Assembly (NCBI GenBank): GCA_934277645.1
Contig: CAKQUX010000003.1
Location: 71,934-135,933 of the forward strand
Direction: 5' to 3'
Length of the DNA stretch: 64,000 bases
Source of the DNA: an uncultured Clostridia bacterium
GTDB taxonomy: Bacteria > Bacillota > Clostridia > Christensenellales > CAG-917
Part shown: piece by piece, positions 9,496 through 18,669 of the stretch
Layout: the number at the start of each line of letters is the position of its first letter
Numbering within the stretch: the stretch's first letter is position 1
Notes under the pieces: model-generated
Told to the model about the DNA's origin: nothing
Databases searched by the model: none
Seen by the model: only the letters and a program-made list of their open reading frames with translations
Position numbers and translations under genes: made by a program

Positions 9496-11298
9496 ATGAG
9501 CAAAAAAGTTTTATCCACGCAAGAGGAAATCAAGAGCAAATCAAAAAACGTCAGAGTTCGTCTTCAATCGAAGTTTTACGATGAAGTCGGACAAGTTCCG
9601 CTCAGTGAATATCCTCGTCCGCAATTTGAAAGAAACAGCTATATAAATCTTAACGGCAAATGGAAATTTGCCATGCAAAAAGCAAAAGACGGCTTTAAGG
9701 GCTATGACAAGGAAATTCTCGTTCCTTTTTCACCTGAGAGCTTATTAAGCGGTCTTGACGCAGTGATTGCGCAGCCTGACGACGTTCTTTATTATGAAAG
9801 AGAGTTCGACGTTCCGAGCGGTTTTATAAAAGGAAAGACTTTTATCAATTTCGGCGCAGTTGACTTCGAATGTCACGTTAAAATTAACGGAAAGGAAATC
9901 GGTTCGCACCGTGGCGGATATACTCCGTTTACGCTTGACGCAACCGACGCAATAGTAAGCGGCAAAAACGTCATTTCGGTTGTCGTAACTGACCCGACGG
10001 ATACCGAACACCACACAAGAGCTAAACAAGCCTTGAAGAACGGCGGAATTTGGTATACGCCGCAATCGGGCATCTGGCAAACGGTTTGGATTGAAAGCGT
10101 TCCGGAAGTTTATCTTAAAGATATGACGATTATTCCTGATATTGACAATAAGACGGTCACCGTTAAAGTCGTTGCAGATAAAGACGCAACCGTCAAAGTG
10201 TTCGACGACGGAAAGGAAATCGCAAGCGGTACGTCAAAAGACGGAGTTGCCGTAATCGGACTTGAAAACTTCGAACTTTGGTCGCCTGAAAATCCTAAAC
10301 TTTACGGCCTCGAAATCAAGGTCGGCGACGATGTCGTCAAGTCATATTTCGGAATGAGAAAGTTCTCGATTATGGTTGACGCAAAGGGCAAGAAGAGACT
10401 TGCTCTCAACAACAAGATTTATTATCAAACGGGATTGCTTGACCAAGGTTATTGGTCGGACGGAATGCTTACTCCGCCAACCGATTCCGCAATGGAATAT
10501 GATATTAAACTTATGAAGGATATGGGCTTCAATATGCTTCGTAAGCACATAAAAATCGAACCGCTTCGCTGGTACTATCATTGCGATAAACTCGGAATGA
10601 TAGTTTGGCAAGATATGGTTTCGGGCGGCGAGAAGTATAAGTTCTCGATAATCGGCTTGCTTCCGTTCCTCGGCTTCCACCTTAAAGACACAAAGCGCAA
10701 TTATAAACGCTTCGGCAGAGCAAACGAAGAGAGCAGAAAGGAATATTACGAAGAACTCGACGTTACGTTCAATTATCTCAAAAACGTAGTTTCGCTCGGC
10801 ACTTGGGTTCCGTTCAACGAAGGTTGGGGACAATTCGAAAGCGTAAAGGCAACCGAAATTTTGAAGAGCTATGACAGCACTCGTATTATCGACTCGGTAA
10901 GCGGCTGGCACGATCAAGGCAAAAACACAAGCGACTTGAAGAGCCTTCACATTTATTTCACACCTGTTAAAGCTCCGAAAGACGACAGAGTAGTCGTGTT
11001 GTCCGAATTCGGCGGATACAGCCACAAGAAGAAAGGACACGTTTTCAGTCCTAACAAGTCGTTCGGTTACAGAATTTACAACACAGACGAAAAGCTCGCA
11101 AAGGCATTTAAGAATTTGTTTGAAAACGTATTGTACAAGCAAGTTATAAAAGGCTTTGCCGCAAGCGTATATACACAAGTCAGCGACGTTGAAGAAGAAA
11201 TCAACGGACTTATAACGTATGACCGTAAGGAAGTCAAATTCCCTATCGATATGGTCAAAGAATGCAACGCAAAACTTAAAGCAATCAAGTTTGACTGA
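9496..11298 (+). CDS. glycoside hydrolase family 2 protein (beta-galactosidase/glucuronidase-like)
   Basis: N-terminal sugar-binding-domain pattern (LNGKWKF, FGAVDFECHVKINGKEIGSHRGGYTPF) and a TIM-barrel region (NMLRKHIKIE, WVPFNEGWGQ). Confidence 0.75.
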   Translation: MSKKVLSTQEEIKSKSKNVRVRLQSKFYDEVGQVPLSEYPRPQFERNSYINLNGKWKFAMQKAKDGFKGYDKEILVPFSPESLLSGLDAVIAQPDDVLYYEREFDVPSGFIKGKTFINFGAVDFECHVKINGKEIGSHRGGYTPFTLDATDAIVSGKNVISVVVTDPTDTEHHTRAKQALKNGGIWYTPQSGIWQTVWIESVPEVYLKDMTIIPDIDNKTVTVKVVADKDATVKVFDDGKEIASGTSKDGVAVIGLENFELWSPENPKLYGLEIKVGDDVVKSYFGMRKFSIMVDAKGKKRLALNNKIYYQTGLLDQGYWSDGMLTPPTDSAMEYDIKLMKDMGFNMLRKHIKIEPLRWYYHCDKLGMIVWQDMVSGGEKYKFSIIGLLPFLGFHLKDTKRNYKRFGRANEESRKEYYEELDVTFNYLKNVVSLGTWVPFNEGWGQFESVKATEILKSYDSTRIIDSVSGWHDQGKNTSDLKSLHIYFTPVKAPKDDRVVVLSEFGGYSHKKKGHVFSPNKSFGYRIYNTDEKLAKAFKNLFENVLYKQVIKGFAASVYTQVSDVEEEINGLITYDRKEVKFPIDMVKECNAKLKAIKFD

Positions 11299-11367
11299 TA
11301 GCAAAAGTTTATGGACGAAAGTTCAGAAGCGTTATTGAAATAGTGACGAATTTTAAATTTAATTATG

Positions 11368-11402
11368 AAAGGCATTTTATCGTTTGATAAAATGCCTTTT
11401 TT
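11368..11402 (+). terminator. intrinsic terminator after the GH2 gene
   Basis: AAAGGCATTTTATC-gttt-GATAAAATGCCTTTTTT. Confidence 0.8.
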
Positions 11403-11481
11403 AACACTTATTTAAACACCTATGTTGCTTTTGACATAGCTCGTTTGGATTTCGGCGTTTGATAAATTGTCTTTAAAAAAC

Positions 11482-11512
11482 AAAAAATGACTTAAATAAT
11501 AAGTCGTTTTTT
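11482..11512. terminator. bidirectional terminator, likely serving the convergent ABC-2 operon
   Basis: GACTTA-aataa-TAAGTC stem flanked by A6 and T6 runs. Confidence 0.55.
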
Positions 11513-11602
11513 GTTTTGATATACGTATTTAATTTTGTTTTACAAGATAACAAACAGCTATTTTAGGTTATTCGATGCATTCTAAATCAAATCGAACGAA
11601 AA

Positions 11603-12682
11603 CTATTGTTTTGTCGTCTCTTCGACCTTTTCTTCGACTTTTGTTTCAACAGTTTCGGTTGCTTTTACACTCTCTGTCGTTTCGGTCATTTCGCCTGCAA
11701 CGCTATTTGCATCGTTAAGTTCGATTGAACCGTCCGGTGTATTTGCCGTCATTTGCGTCTTGTGGTGTTTTTTGAAATGAATTTGCGGAGTTTTGCCTTT
11801 AAGCAATACGTTGATTAAAACGTAAATTCCGATTAAAACGATAATCGTCAAAATGAGAACGAGATACATAGTCCAGATTTCGACTTTATGTCCGAAGAAA
11901 TAAAGATTGCAGTCTACGCTGTCTTTTATGCCTTCGATAACTTCTGACGGGAAGCCTTTATCCGCCATTTCGCGATATACGCCGTTCAAAGCGTGGTTTC
12001 TTATAAGCGACGTGCCATAGGTTCCCGGTAGCAACGAAAGGAATTTTTGAAGTCCCGTGCCGAAACTCGAAATAGGCATATATGCGCCGCAAATAAAGCC
12101 GTAAGCCGCAGAAACTATCGTGCCTACCGCCGACGCTTGTCCGTTTGTCGAAAGGAAGACGTTGACGATTGACGAAAGCGCAACGCCGAACATTGTGAGC
12201 AATATTACGTCGACCAATATGAGCATAACGTCGCCGAAGGACAAGTACCAACCGACTATTGCAAGGTATATAAAGCAAGCGAACGTTGCGGTGACGGTGA
12301 TTATAAGCGTTGTAAGGAACGAGCCGACATAGTAAGCGATTGCAATCGTCGATTTTTTAGTCGGCGTAATAAGAAAGTCCTTGTTCGAGCCGTTTACTCT
12401 GTCCTGAACCATAAGAAGGTTGGAGCAGAAAGCAACGGTTACGCAACAAACAGCAAGTATAGACGAGAAAAGCTCGCCGCCGACCGTGCCGTTTATGATT
12501 GCGTCCGAAACTTCAAATCCGTTAGGCAGGGCGCTATTGAAACTGTCGCGGAAAACCTTTGCAAGGAACGTTGCGTAAAGGAGCAACAATATTATCGGCG
12601 CAATCAACGACGCAAAGAACATTCCTTTGTCTTTGAAGAACATTTTGATGTTTCTGACCGTTAAAGCCCAAAAAGTTTTCAT
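11603..12682 (-). CDS. ABC-2 type transporter permease with an acidic C-terminal tail
   Basis: Six-TM ABC-2 architecture. Overlaps the upstream ATPase gene by 4 nt. Confidence 0.8.
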   Translation of the reverse strand: MKTFWALTVRNIKMFFKDKGMFFASLIAPIILLLLYATFLAKVFRDSFNSALPNGFEVSDAIINGTVGGELFSSILAVCCVTVAFCSNLLMVQDRVNGSNKDFLITPTKKSTIAIAYYVGSFLTTLIITVTATFACFIYLAIVGWYLSFGDVMLILVDVILLTMFGVALSSIVNVFLSTNGQASAVGTIVSAAYGFICGAYMPISSFGTGLQKFLSLLPGTYGTSLIRNHALNGVYREMADKGFPSEVIEGIKDSVDCNLYFFGHKVEIWTMYLVLILTIIVLIGIYVLINVLLKGKTPQIHFKKHHKTQMTANTPDGSIELNDANSVAGEMTETTESVKATETVETKVEEKVEETTKQ

Positions 12683-13590
12683 AAATTGCCTCCTTCGAGC
12701 TTTTTGCCCGTGACAGCCAAAAAGACGTCGTCCATTTTACCCTTTGTTATTTCAAAATCGCAGAACAAGTCCTTGTGCTTTGTGACAAGCTCTCTTGCTT
12801 CGACCGTGTCTTTGACGGCAATTCTGAAAGCGTCTCTTATTTCTTCATAAGGCAAGCCGAGCGCTTTGACTCTTTCTTCGTCAACGTTGTAGACGGTTAC
12901 GAAGTCGCCCGTATATTTGTTTTTTAGTTCGAGCGGTGTGCCTTCCGCAGAAATCTTACCGCTGTCCAATATGACGACGTAATCTGCGTCTGCCGCTTCT
13001 TCCATATAGTGAGTGGTCAAAAACACCGTCATGTTTTCCGTTTTGCGATAGTTCTCGATGACTTCCCAAAGTGTCTTTCTAGTTTGTGGGTCAAGTCCCG
13101 TGGTCGGTTCGTCGAGAATTAAAATTTTCGGCTTGTGTAAAATCGCACGCGCAACGTCGATACGTCTTTTTTGACCGCCCGAAAGTTTTCCGACAGTTCT
13201 CTTTAAAAGGTCTTTAAAATCGAGAAGTTCGGCAAGTTCTGCAATTCTTTCGTTTGCTTCTTTTCCGTAAATGCCGTAAAGGCTGGCTCTTGACAAAAGG
13301 TTGTCGCGGACGTTAAGCACGTTGTCCAGCACGGAATTTTGAAATACGACGCCGAGTTCTTTGGTTATTCCTTTCATATCTTTTTCGACGTCCTTACCGT
13401 CGATAAGTACGGTGCCGCCGTCTTTGACCTGAGTGCCGCACATGATAGAAATCGTGGTGGATTTACCTGCGCCGTTTACGCCCAAAAACGCAAAGAGTTC
13501 GCCTTTTTTGACGTGAAAGGAAAGGTTGTTTACCGCATGTACGTCACCGAAATTTTTGTCGAGATTTTTGATATCAATGATGTTTTCCAT
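12679..13590 (-). CDS. ABC transporter ATP-binding protein (DrrA/CcmA-like)
   Basis: Walker A GVNGAGKST, signature LSGGQKRRIDVARA, Walker B ILILDEPTTGLD. Confidence 0.9.
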   Translation of the reverse strand: MENIIDIKNLDKNFGDVHAVNNLSFHVKKGELFAFLGVNGAGKSTTISIMCGTQVKDGGTVLIDGKDVEKDMKGITKELGVVFQNSVLDNVLNVRDNLLSRASLYGIYGKEANERIAELAELLDFKDLLKRTVGKLSGGQKRRIDVARAILHKPKILILDEPTTGLDPQTRKTLWEVIENYRKTENMTVFLTTHYMEEAADADYVVILDSGKISAEGTPLELKNKYTGDFVTVYNVDEERVKALGLPYEEIRDAFRIAVKDTVEARELVTKHKDLFCDFEITKGKMDDVFLAVTGKKLEGGNL

Positions 13591-13749
13591 TTTAATTTCT
13601 TTAATCTCCGTTTTCGTTTTATATGTTTTTTGTTTTTGTGCTTTGTTTTTTATACTTTATTTTAGCTTTGCATTGTTTTAACTTTGCGTGTGGTTTTAAT
13701 GTTTAAACAATGTATAAACAAATTTTAACCAAACGTTAGCTTTAGACTG

Positions 13750-14631
13750 CTAATCGTTTTTTGATTGATTGTCTTCGGCTGTTTCTTCGTTTGCCGCCGT
13801 GTCTGTCGTAGCTGCCGATTCGTCCGAAGATATGGTTTCAGGCGATGCCGAGTCTTTCAGACTTTCAGCCACGGCAAGATTTAAAAGTTCTTGCTTAGCC
13901 TTTTTCTTTGCGTCGCGTTTTTGCCAAAGGAGCGCGCTGATAAAGCAAAGAACGACGCCGACGAAAATGAACGTTGACGGTTGCGCCATTCCGCCTTTGC
14001 CCAAAAGGTTAAGACCGATTGTCAAAGCAACCATAATCATAAACGGGAAGATTGCGACTTTCGGATATTTGACAAGATATTTTCCGCCCAATGCGCCGAA
14101 AAGCGCAAACGCAACCGTGCCGAAAGCAGGTGTCAAGAATGCCGCTTGCGGCGAGTTTAATATATCGCCGAGTCCCGAAACCGCAAGAGCTATGACGCCG
14201 ATTAAAATTACAACCGTTGTGACGATTGACGAAACTGCGATTGAAATGGTGCAGGCAATTTCGTGCTCTTCCGTGCCGACCTTAGTGCCGACGATATTTA
14301 CGGCGTTTACGACGCACGGAATTTTAAGGTTTGAAAGGTTGCCCGTGACAAAGGCAAGATAAGTGCCGTTTACGCCGAGCATATAACTATACGTGAATAC
14401 TTCGCCTACGCCGATCGGAAGATAGTAAATCAAAAGTCCGACGCAAGTGAAGAAGAGCTTCCAGTTGAGTGTGGTTTTATAAATAATTGACATACCGACG
14501 GGAACCATGCACATAACGATTAAAGCAATCGCAGTCCAAATCTGACCTTGACGGTGCAGGTTGCGGTTTATCATTTGGCTTGCAACGTTTACGTTGCAGG
14601 TTGCCGTTAAAAACTGTTGATTTTTTTTCAT
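13750..14631 (-). CDS. uncharacterised polytopic membrane protein with an acidic C-terminal tail
   Basis: About 7 predicted TM segments. GGAGG SD. Follows the upstream membrane gene after a 9-nt gap. Confidence 0.6.
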   Translation of the reverse strand: MKKNQQFLTATCNVNVASQMINRNLHRQGQIWTAIALIVMCMVPVGMSIIYKTTLNWKLFFTCVGLLIYYLPIGVGEVFTYSYMLGVNGTYLAFVTGNLSNLKIPCVVNAVNIVGTKVGTEEHEIACTISIAVSSIVTTVVILIGVIALAVSGLGDILNSPQAAFLTPAFGTVAFALFGALGGKYLVKYPKVAIFPFMIMVALTIGLNLLGKGGMAQPSTFIFVGVVLCFISALLWQKRDAKKKAKQELLNLAVAESLKDSASPETISSDESAATTDTAANEETAEDNQSKND

Positions 14632-14640
14632 ATCCGCCTC

Positions 14641-15447
14641 CTACATTGCAAGGCTTACGGCAGCCTTTGTCAAAGCCGCATAAGCGTCGGGATTAAAATA
14701 ACTTATGATTGCGACAACGCCCATACCTGCAATCATCGCAAGGGCAAGCGAAAAGTTTTCAAGCCATTTTTGATTGCATTTTGTGATTAAAACGTCGAAA
14801 ACAAACATAAGACCTGCCGCTACCATAACGGCGATAAGATTGTAATAACTCGCTATATTGCCGGGCGCGCCCGTAAACTGTCCGATTGCGACCGAAATGT
14901 AAGCAAGAACCATTCCGACGAAAACCGCGCCGAAAATCGAGTCGTCTTTTCCCGTCGTCTTTGAGGCGAGAGCGAGCATTTTAGGTTGAAATTTTCTGTA
15001 ACAGAAAAGACAGAAAACAGGTCCCCAAATTATCGAAACGGTCATAACGGCGGCAATGGTGACAAACGTAGAAGCGTCGACGTTTCCGATGATTGCGGCA
15101 ATACCGCTGCTTGTGCCTGTATATTGGTTTGCGACCGTATCGACGACGAGCGTTTCGTATTGAAGAGCGCCGATGATGGAAAGTCTGATTGCAGGAAGCC
15201 CTATGCCGATTGCGCCGACTAAGGTTACTATACCGATGAAAATGCCGATAGACGGCAAAATCGAGAACATAATGGACGATGAGACGACTTTTTTAAGTTT
15301 GCCCATATCCATATTGATTTGTTTCGCTCGTTTAAGTGATTTGACCAAATAAACGACGGATTCCGTCAATACGAAAGCAACGATAAGTCCGTAAAGGAGA
15401 TACATCCAAGGGTTGTTCGTATCGACTGCAGAAATTGCAAAGTTCAC
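14641..15447 (-). CDS. uncharacterised polytopic membrane protein
   Basis: About 7 TM segments. The start is set at GTG 15447, preceded by AGGAGC plus 8 nt. The ORF-track TTG at 15507 has no SD. Confidence 0.55.
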   Translation of the reverse strand: MNFAISAVDTNNPWMYLLYGLIVAFVLTESVVYLVKSLKRAKQINMDMGKLKKVVSSSIMFSILPSIGIFIGIVTLVGAIGIGLPAIRLSIIGALQYETLVVDTVANQYTGTSSGIAAIIGNVDASTFVTIAAVMTVSIIWGPVFCLFCYRKFQPKMLALASKTTGKDDSIFGAVFVGMVLAYISVAIGQFTGAPGNIASYYNLIAVMVAAGLMFVFDVLITKCNQKWLENFSLALAMIAGMGVVAIISYFNPDAYAALTKAAVSLAM

Positions 15448-15958
15448 TTTTTTTGCTCCTAAAAAATATTCAAGAAAAATTTTAACACACCTTGTCGATT
15501 TATGCAATACAATTATTCAATGTATAGTTTTTTATATAATAATTTATTATATATTATAAGTCGCCAATAATAGCTGCCGAACAACTTAACTTTCTTGAAT
15601 GAAATTTGTATTATATCAGATGGAAAAGCCTAAAAGTCCGATGTGGGTTTATCTCTTTAACTCATAAATGAGATGATATGGCAATAACATTTTGCCAAGT
15701 AAGGCATTGTGGAAGCGGCTTGGGAAAGTGTGAGTTTTATGAGAAATAAGAATGCGAAAAACGAAAATAAGTTTAAAATGCAACAATCGGATACTAATGT
15801 CCGCTACTTGCGCTTAAATACGACAAACGGGTATAAGTGAATAAGCGCGGCGTTTGAGCTAAGGCTTGATTTAAAGAAGCCGACTAATTTCACGGCAAAA
15901 TGAGCGTTAATCGTTTGCCTTAAAAAAACTTTGTGATAGAATATTAGCGAGGCATACT

Positions 15959-17206
15959 ATGAATTATAACGACGCGGTAAGTTTTATAACAGCCAAAAGC
16001 AAGTTCGGCAGTAAATTCGGACTTGACACCATAAAGAGACTACTTTCGGAAATAGGCAATCCTGAGGACAAATTGAAATTCGTGCATATCGCAGGAACAA
16101 ACGGAAAAGGCTCGACGCTTTGCTATTTGTCGTCGATTTTGATTTGCGCAGGCTATAAAGTGGGAAGTTATTCTTCACCGTCGGTGTTTTCATACAACGA
16201 ACGATTTATGATAGGCATGAATCCTATCGGCGACGACGAAGTGGCGCGTCTTCTGACAACCGTTATCGAGGCAGCGGAAAGAATAAAGCAAGAAGGCTAT
16301 GAAGCAACGGCTTTTGAAATAGAGACGGCGGCGGCATTTTTATGCTTTTTGGAAAACGGTTGCGATATATGTGTCATTGAAACGGGGCTCGGCGGAAGGC
16401 TTGACGCAACGAATGCGGTAAAAAACAAATTGCTTGCCGTCATAACGGAAATAGGGCTTGACCATTGCCAAATTTTGGGAAATGATTTAACTTCTATTGC
16501 AAAGGAAAAACTTGCCATTGCCGACGGCGTGCCGCTTTGCACGGTTATGCAAAAAAAAGAGATAATGCCGCTATTTTTAAATCATCTTATGACGTACTTT
16601 GCAATGGACTACGAGCCGCTCGAAAGCTCGCTTGACGGACAGCTTTTTACGTTCGAGGGCGAAGATTATTTTATAAGATTGCTCGGTGACCATCAGATTC
16701 AGAATGCGTCGCTTGCCGTTCTTGCCGCAAAAGTGCTTAACGATTCGGGCGTGTTTATAAGTATGGACGCAAGGCACTTAGGACTTATCGAAGCTGTTTG
16801 GCACGGACGGTTTGAAATTATAAGAAAAAAAGACAACGTATTCGTTCTTGACGGCGCTCACAATAAAGACGGCGCGGAAGCGCTAGCTAAGACGGTTAAG
16901 AAATATTTTGCAGGTGAAAAAGTGGGCGGAGTAGTTGCAACGTTCGCCGACAAAGATTATCACGCAACGCTGAAAGAGTTCGCATCCTGCTTCGACGAAA
17001 TCAAAGCCGTCGATGCAGTCGGCGACAGGTCGCTTGATAAAAATACGCTTTATAAGGAAGCGTCGCGTCTTGTAAAGGCAAGCGTGGGAGAAAATTTATT
17101 AGACGGCATAAGCGATATGGCAAAACGCTACAAAACGGTCGTGATTTGCGGCACGCTGTCGGTGTTAAAAGATGCAAGGAGCATAATAGACGGTTATGAT
17201 AAATAA
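15959..17206 (+). CDS. folC: folylpolyglutamate synthase / dihydrofolate synthase
   Basis: HIAGTNGKGST P-loop and Mur-ligase architecture. Confidence 0.85.
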   Translation: MNYNDAVSFITAKSKFGSKFGLDTIKRLLSEIGNPEDKLKFVHIAGTNGKGSTLCYLSSILICAGYKVGSYSSPSVFSYNERFMIGMNPIGDDEVARLLTTVIEAAERIKQEGYEATAFEIETAAAFLCFLENGCDICVIETGLGGRLDATNAVKNKLLAVITEIGLDHCQILGNDLTSIAKEKLAIADGVPLCTVMQKKEIMPLFLNHLMTYFAMDYEPLESSLDGQLFTFEGEDYFIRLLGDHQIQNASLAVLAAKVLNDSGVFISMDARHLGLIEAVWHGRFEIIRKKDNVFVLDGAHNKDGAEALAKTVKKYFAGEKVGGVVATFADKDYHATLKEFASCFDEIKAVDAVGDRSLDKNTLYKEASRLVKASVGENLLDGISDMAKRYKTVVICGTLSVLKDARSIIDGYDK

Positions 17207-17747
17207 AGAGAAAATCGAAAAAGCGATAGAAATGCTTTTAGAAGCTATCGGCGAAAATCCCGAAAGAGAAGGACTTAAAGAAACGCCGAACAGAGTGGCA
17301 AGGGCTTATGAAGAGCTTTTGTCCGGTTATGAACAATCGGCAAGCGAACATTTGTCAAAGACTTTCGATTCGCCGAGCGGAGAGCTTGTCCTTGAAAAGG
17401 ATATAGCTTTTTCGTCTACTTGCGAGCATCATTTAATGCCGTTTTTCGGCAAAGTGGCAATAGCGTATATTCCGAACGGCAAAGTTGTGGGAATTTCCAA
17501 ACTCGCGCGCACGGTCGAAGTTTATGCAAAACGTCTGCAACTTCAAGAGCGAATGACAGACCAGATTTGTGAAGCGGTGTTTAAGTCGCTTGACGCAAAG
17601 GGCGTAATGGTAGTTTGCGAAGGCGAGCATACTTGTATGACTTGTCGCGGAATCAAAAAACCCGGCACGAGGGTTTTGTCGTATGCGATAAGGGGCGAAG
17701 TTGACGCCGAACTTAAAAATACGATTTTAACTTTGGTCACAAAATAG
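17196..17747 (+). CDS. folE: GTP cyclohydrolase I
   Basis: ETPNRVARAY, FSSTCEHHLMPF, and QERMTDQI...HTCMTCRG motifs. Confidence 0.9.
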   Translation: MINKEKIEKAIEMLLEAIGENPEREGLKETPNRVARAYEELLSGYEQSASEHLSKTFDSPSGELVLEKDIAFSSTCEHHLMPFFGKVAIAYIPNGKVVGISKLARTVEVYAKRLQLQERMTDQICEAVFKSLDAKGVMVVCEGEHTCMTCRGIKKPGTRVLSYAIRGEVDAELKNTILTLVTK

Positions 17748-17886
17748 TTTCGGTTGAACAAACGTTTAAAAGCCATTTGCGAAATGCAAAATAACCAAAC
17801 GAAAACAATTAAACGCAAGACAATTAAACAAAAGCGATTAAACGAAAAATATCGAAAAGAAATAAAAACAAAAGTACAACGACTAT

Positions 17887-18669
17887 ATGAATATTAAAGG
17901 CATAGATTTTTCAAACGGGTCGCATATAATGGCGATTGTAAATTTAACGCCCGACAGTTTCTTTTCAGGAAGTCGAGCGACGGCAGACAATGTTTTTAAC
18001 GTCATAGAAAAGGCGATTGAAGACGGCGCGGAAATGATTGACTTAGGTGCTATGAGTACTCGTCCTAATCACATAGTGATATCTGCCGAAGAAGAGATAA
18101 AAAGACTTAAACCGCTTGGCGAAATAGTGAAAAGGTTTAACGTTCCGATCTCGGTCGATACGGATAAACCCGAAGTTGCCGAATATGCATTAAACTGCGG
18201 TGCGGATATGATAAACGACGTCTGGGGACTTATGCACGAGGGTATGGCAAGAACAGTTGCGGCGCACGACGCGGCGGTCTGCATTATGCACAACCAAAAC
18301 GGCACCGAGTATCGCGATTTGTTCGGCGATATAGATAAGTTTTTTGAAAGGCAAATCGAAGTAGCCTTAAAAGCGGGCATATCGAAAGATAAAATTTGCC
18401 TTGACGCCGGCATAGGTTTTGGGAAAACCAAGGAACAAAACTTTGAAGTTTTGAACGGATATGAGCATTTTCACAAATTCGGTTATCCGCTCTTAATCGG
18501 AGTTTCGAGAAAATCTATGTTCGGCGGCGACGTAAGCGAAAGACTTAAACCTACGCTCGAGGCAACCGAACTTGCCGTTCGCAAGGGAATAAATATCATA
18601 AGAATACACGATGTTGCCGAAAACGTTGCGGCAAAGGAGAGAGCGATTGCAAGGCTCGATAAAAATTGA
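17887..18669 (+). CDS. folP: dihydropteroate synthase
   Basis: IMAIVNLTPDSFF, DLGAMSTRP, INDVWG, GIGFGKT and SRKS motifs. Confidence 0.9.
   Translation: MNIKGIDFSNGSHIMAIVNLTPDSFFSGSRATADNVFNVIEKAIEDGAEMIDLGAMSTRPNHIVISAEEEIKRLKPLGEIVKRFNVPISVDTDKPEVAEYALNCGADMINDVWGLMHEGMARTVAAHDAAVCIMHNQNGTEYRDLFGDIDKFFERQIEVALKAGISKDKICLDAGIGFGKTKEQNFEVLNGYEHFHKFGYPLLIGVSRKSMFGGDVSERLKPTLEATELAVRKGINIIRIHDVAENVAAKERAIARLDKN

Noticed and set aside
10342-11304. Long antisense ORFs opposite well-supported genes. Examples: 10342-11304 opposite GH2; 21193-21849 opposite tkt; 32542-33456 opposite metG; 42060-42647 opposite mrp; 47192-48094 opposite clpB; 52301-53074 opposite serA; 55734-56486 and 56535-57164 opposite rnj; 61359-61883 opposite the aminotransferase.
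   Set aside because: Each lies fully inside a CDS with strong family motifs on the other strand. Their translations are rich in R/F/C/V and lack recognisable motifs or an SD. They are the usual shadow frames produced by codon bias.
15678-15749. Small Cys-containing ORF (MAITFCQVRHCGSGLGKCEFYEK) and an overlapping 33-codon ORF in the fol-divergent region.
   Set aside because: There is no convincing SD, promoter or terminator, and ORFs this short are expected by chance in 300 nt.
15797-15860. Words reminiscent of a THF riboswitch (TCCGCTACTTGCGCTTAA … AGCGCGG) next to the folate operon.
   Set aside because: The conserved elements are in the wrong order and orientation on both strands relative to the THF-I consensus. 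The folC promoter candidate lies downstream of them, and I found no ZTP-like CCGCCTGGGC element. Only a covariance-model scan could settle this.
18611-18669. The 59-nt overlap of the folBK ORF with folP as a possible frameshift or fusion.
   Set aside because: An in-frame TTG at 18647 with a well-spaced AAGGAGAG SD gives a normal FolB N-terminus and only a 23-nt overlap.
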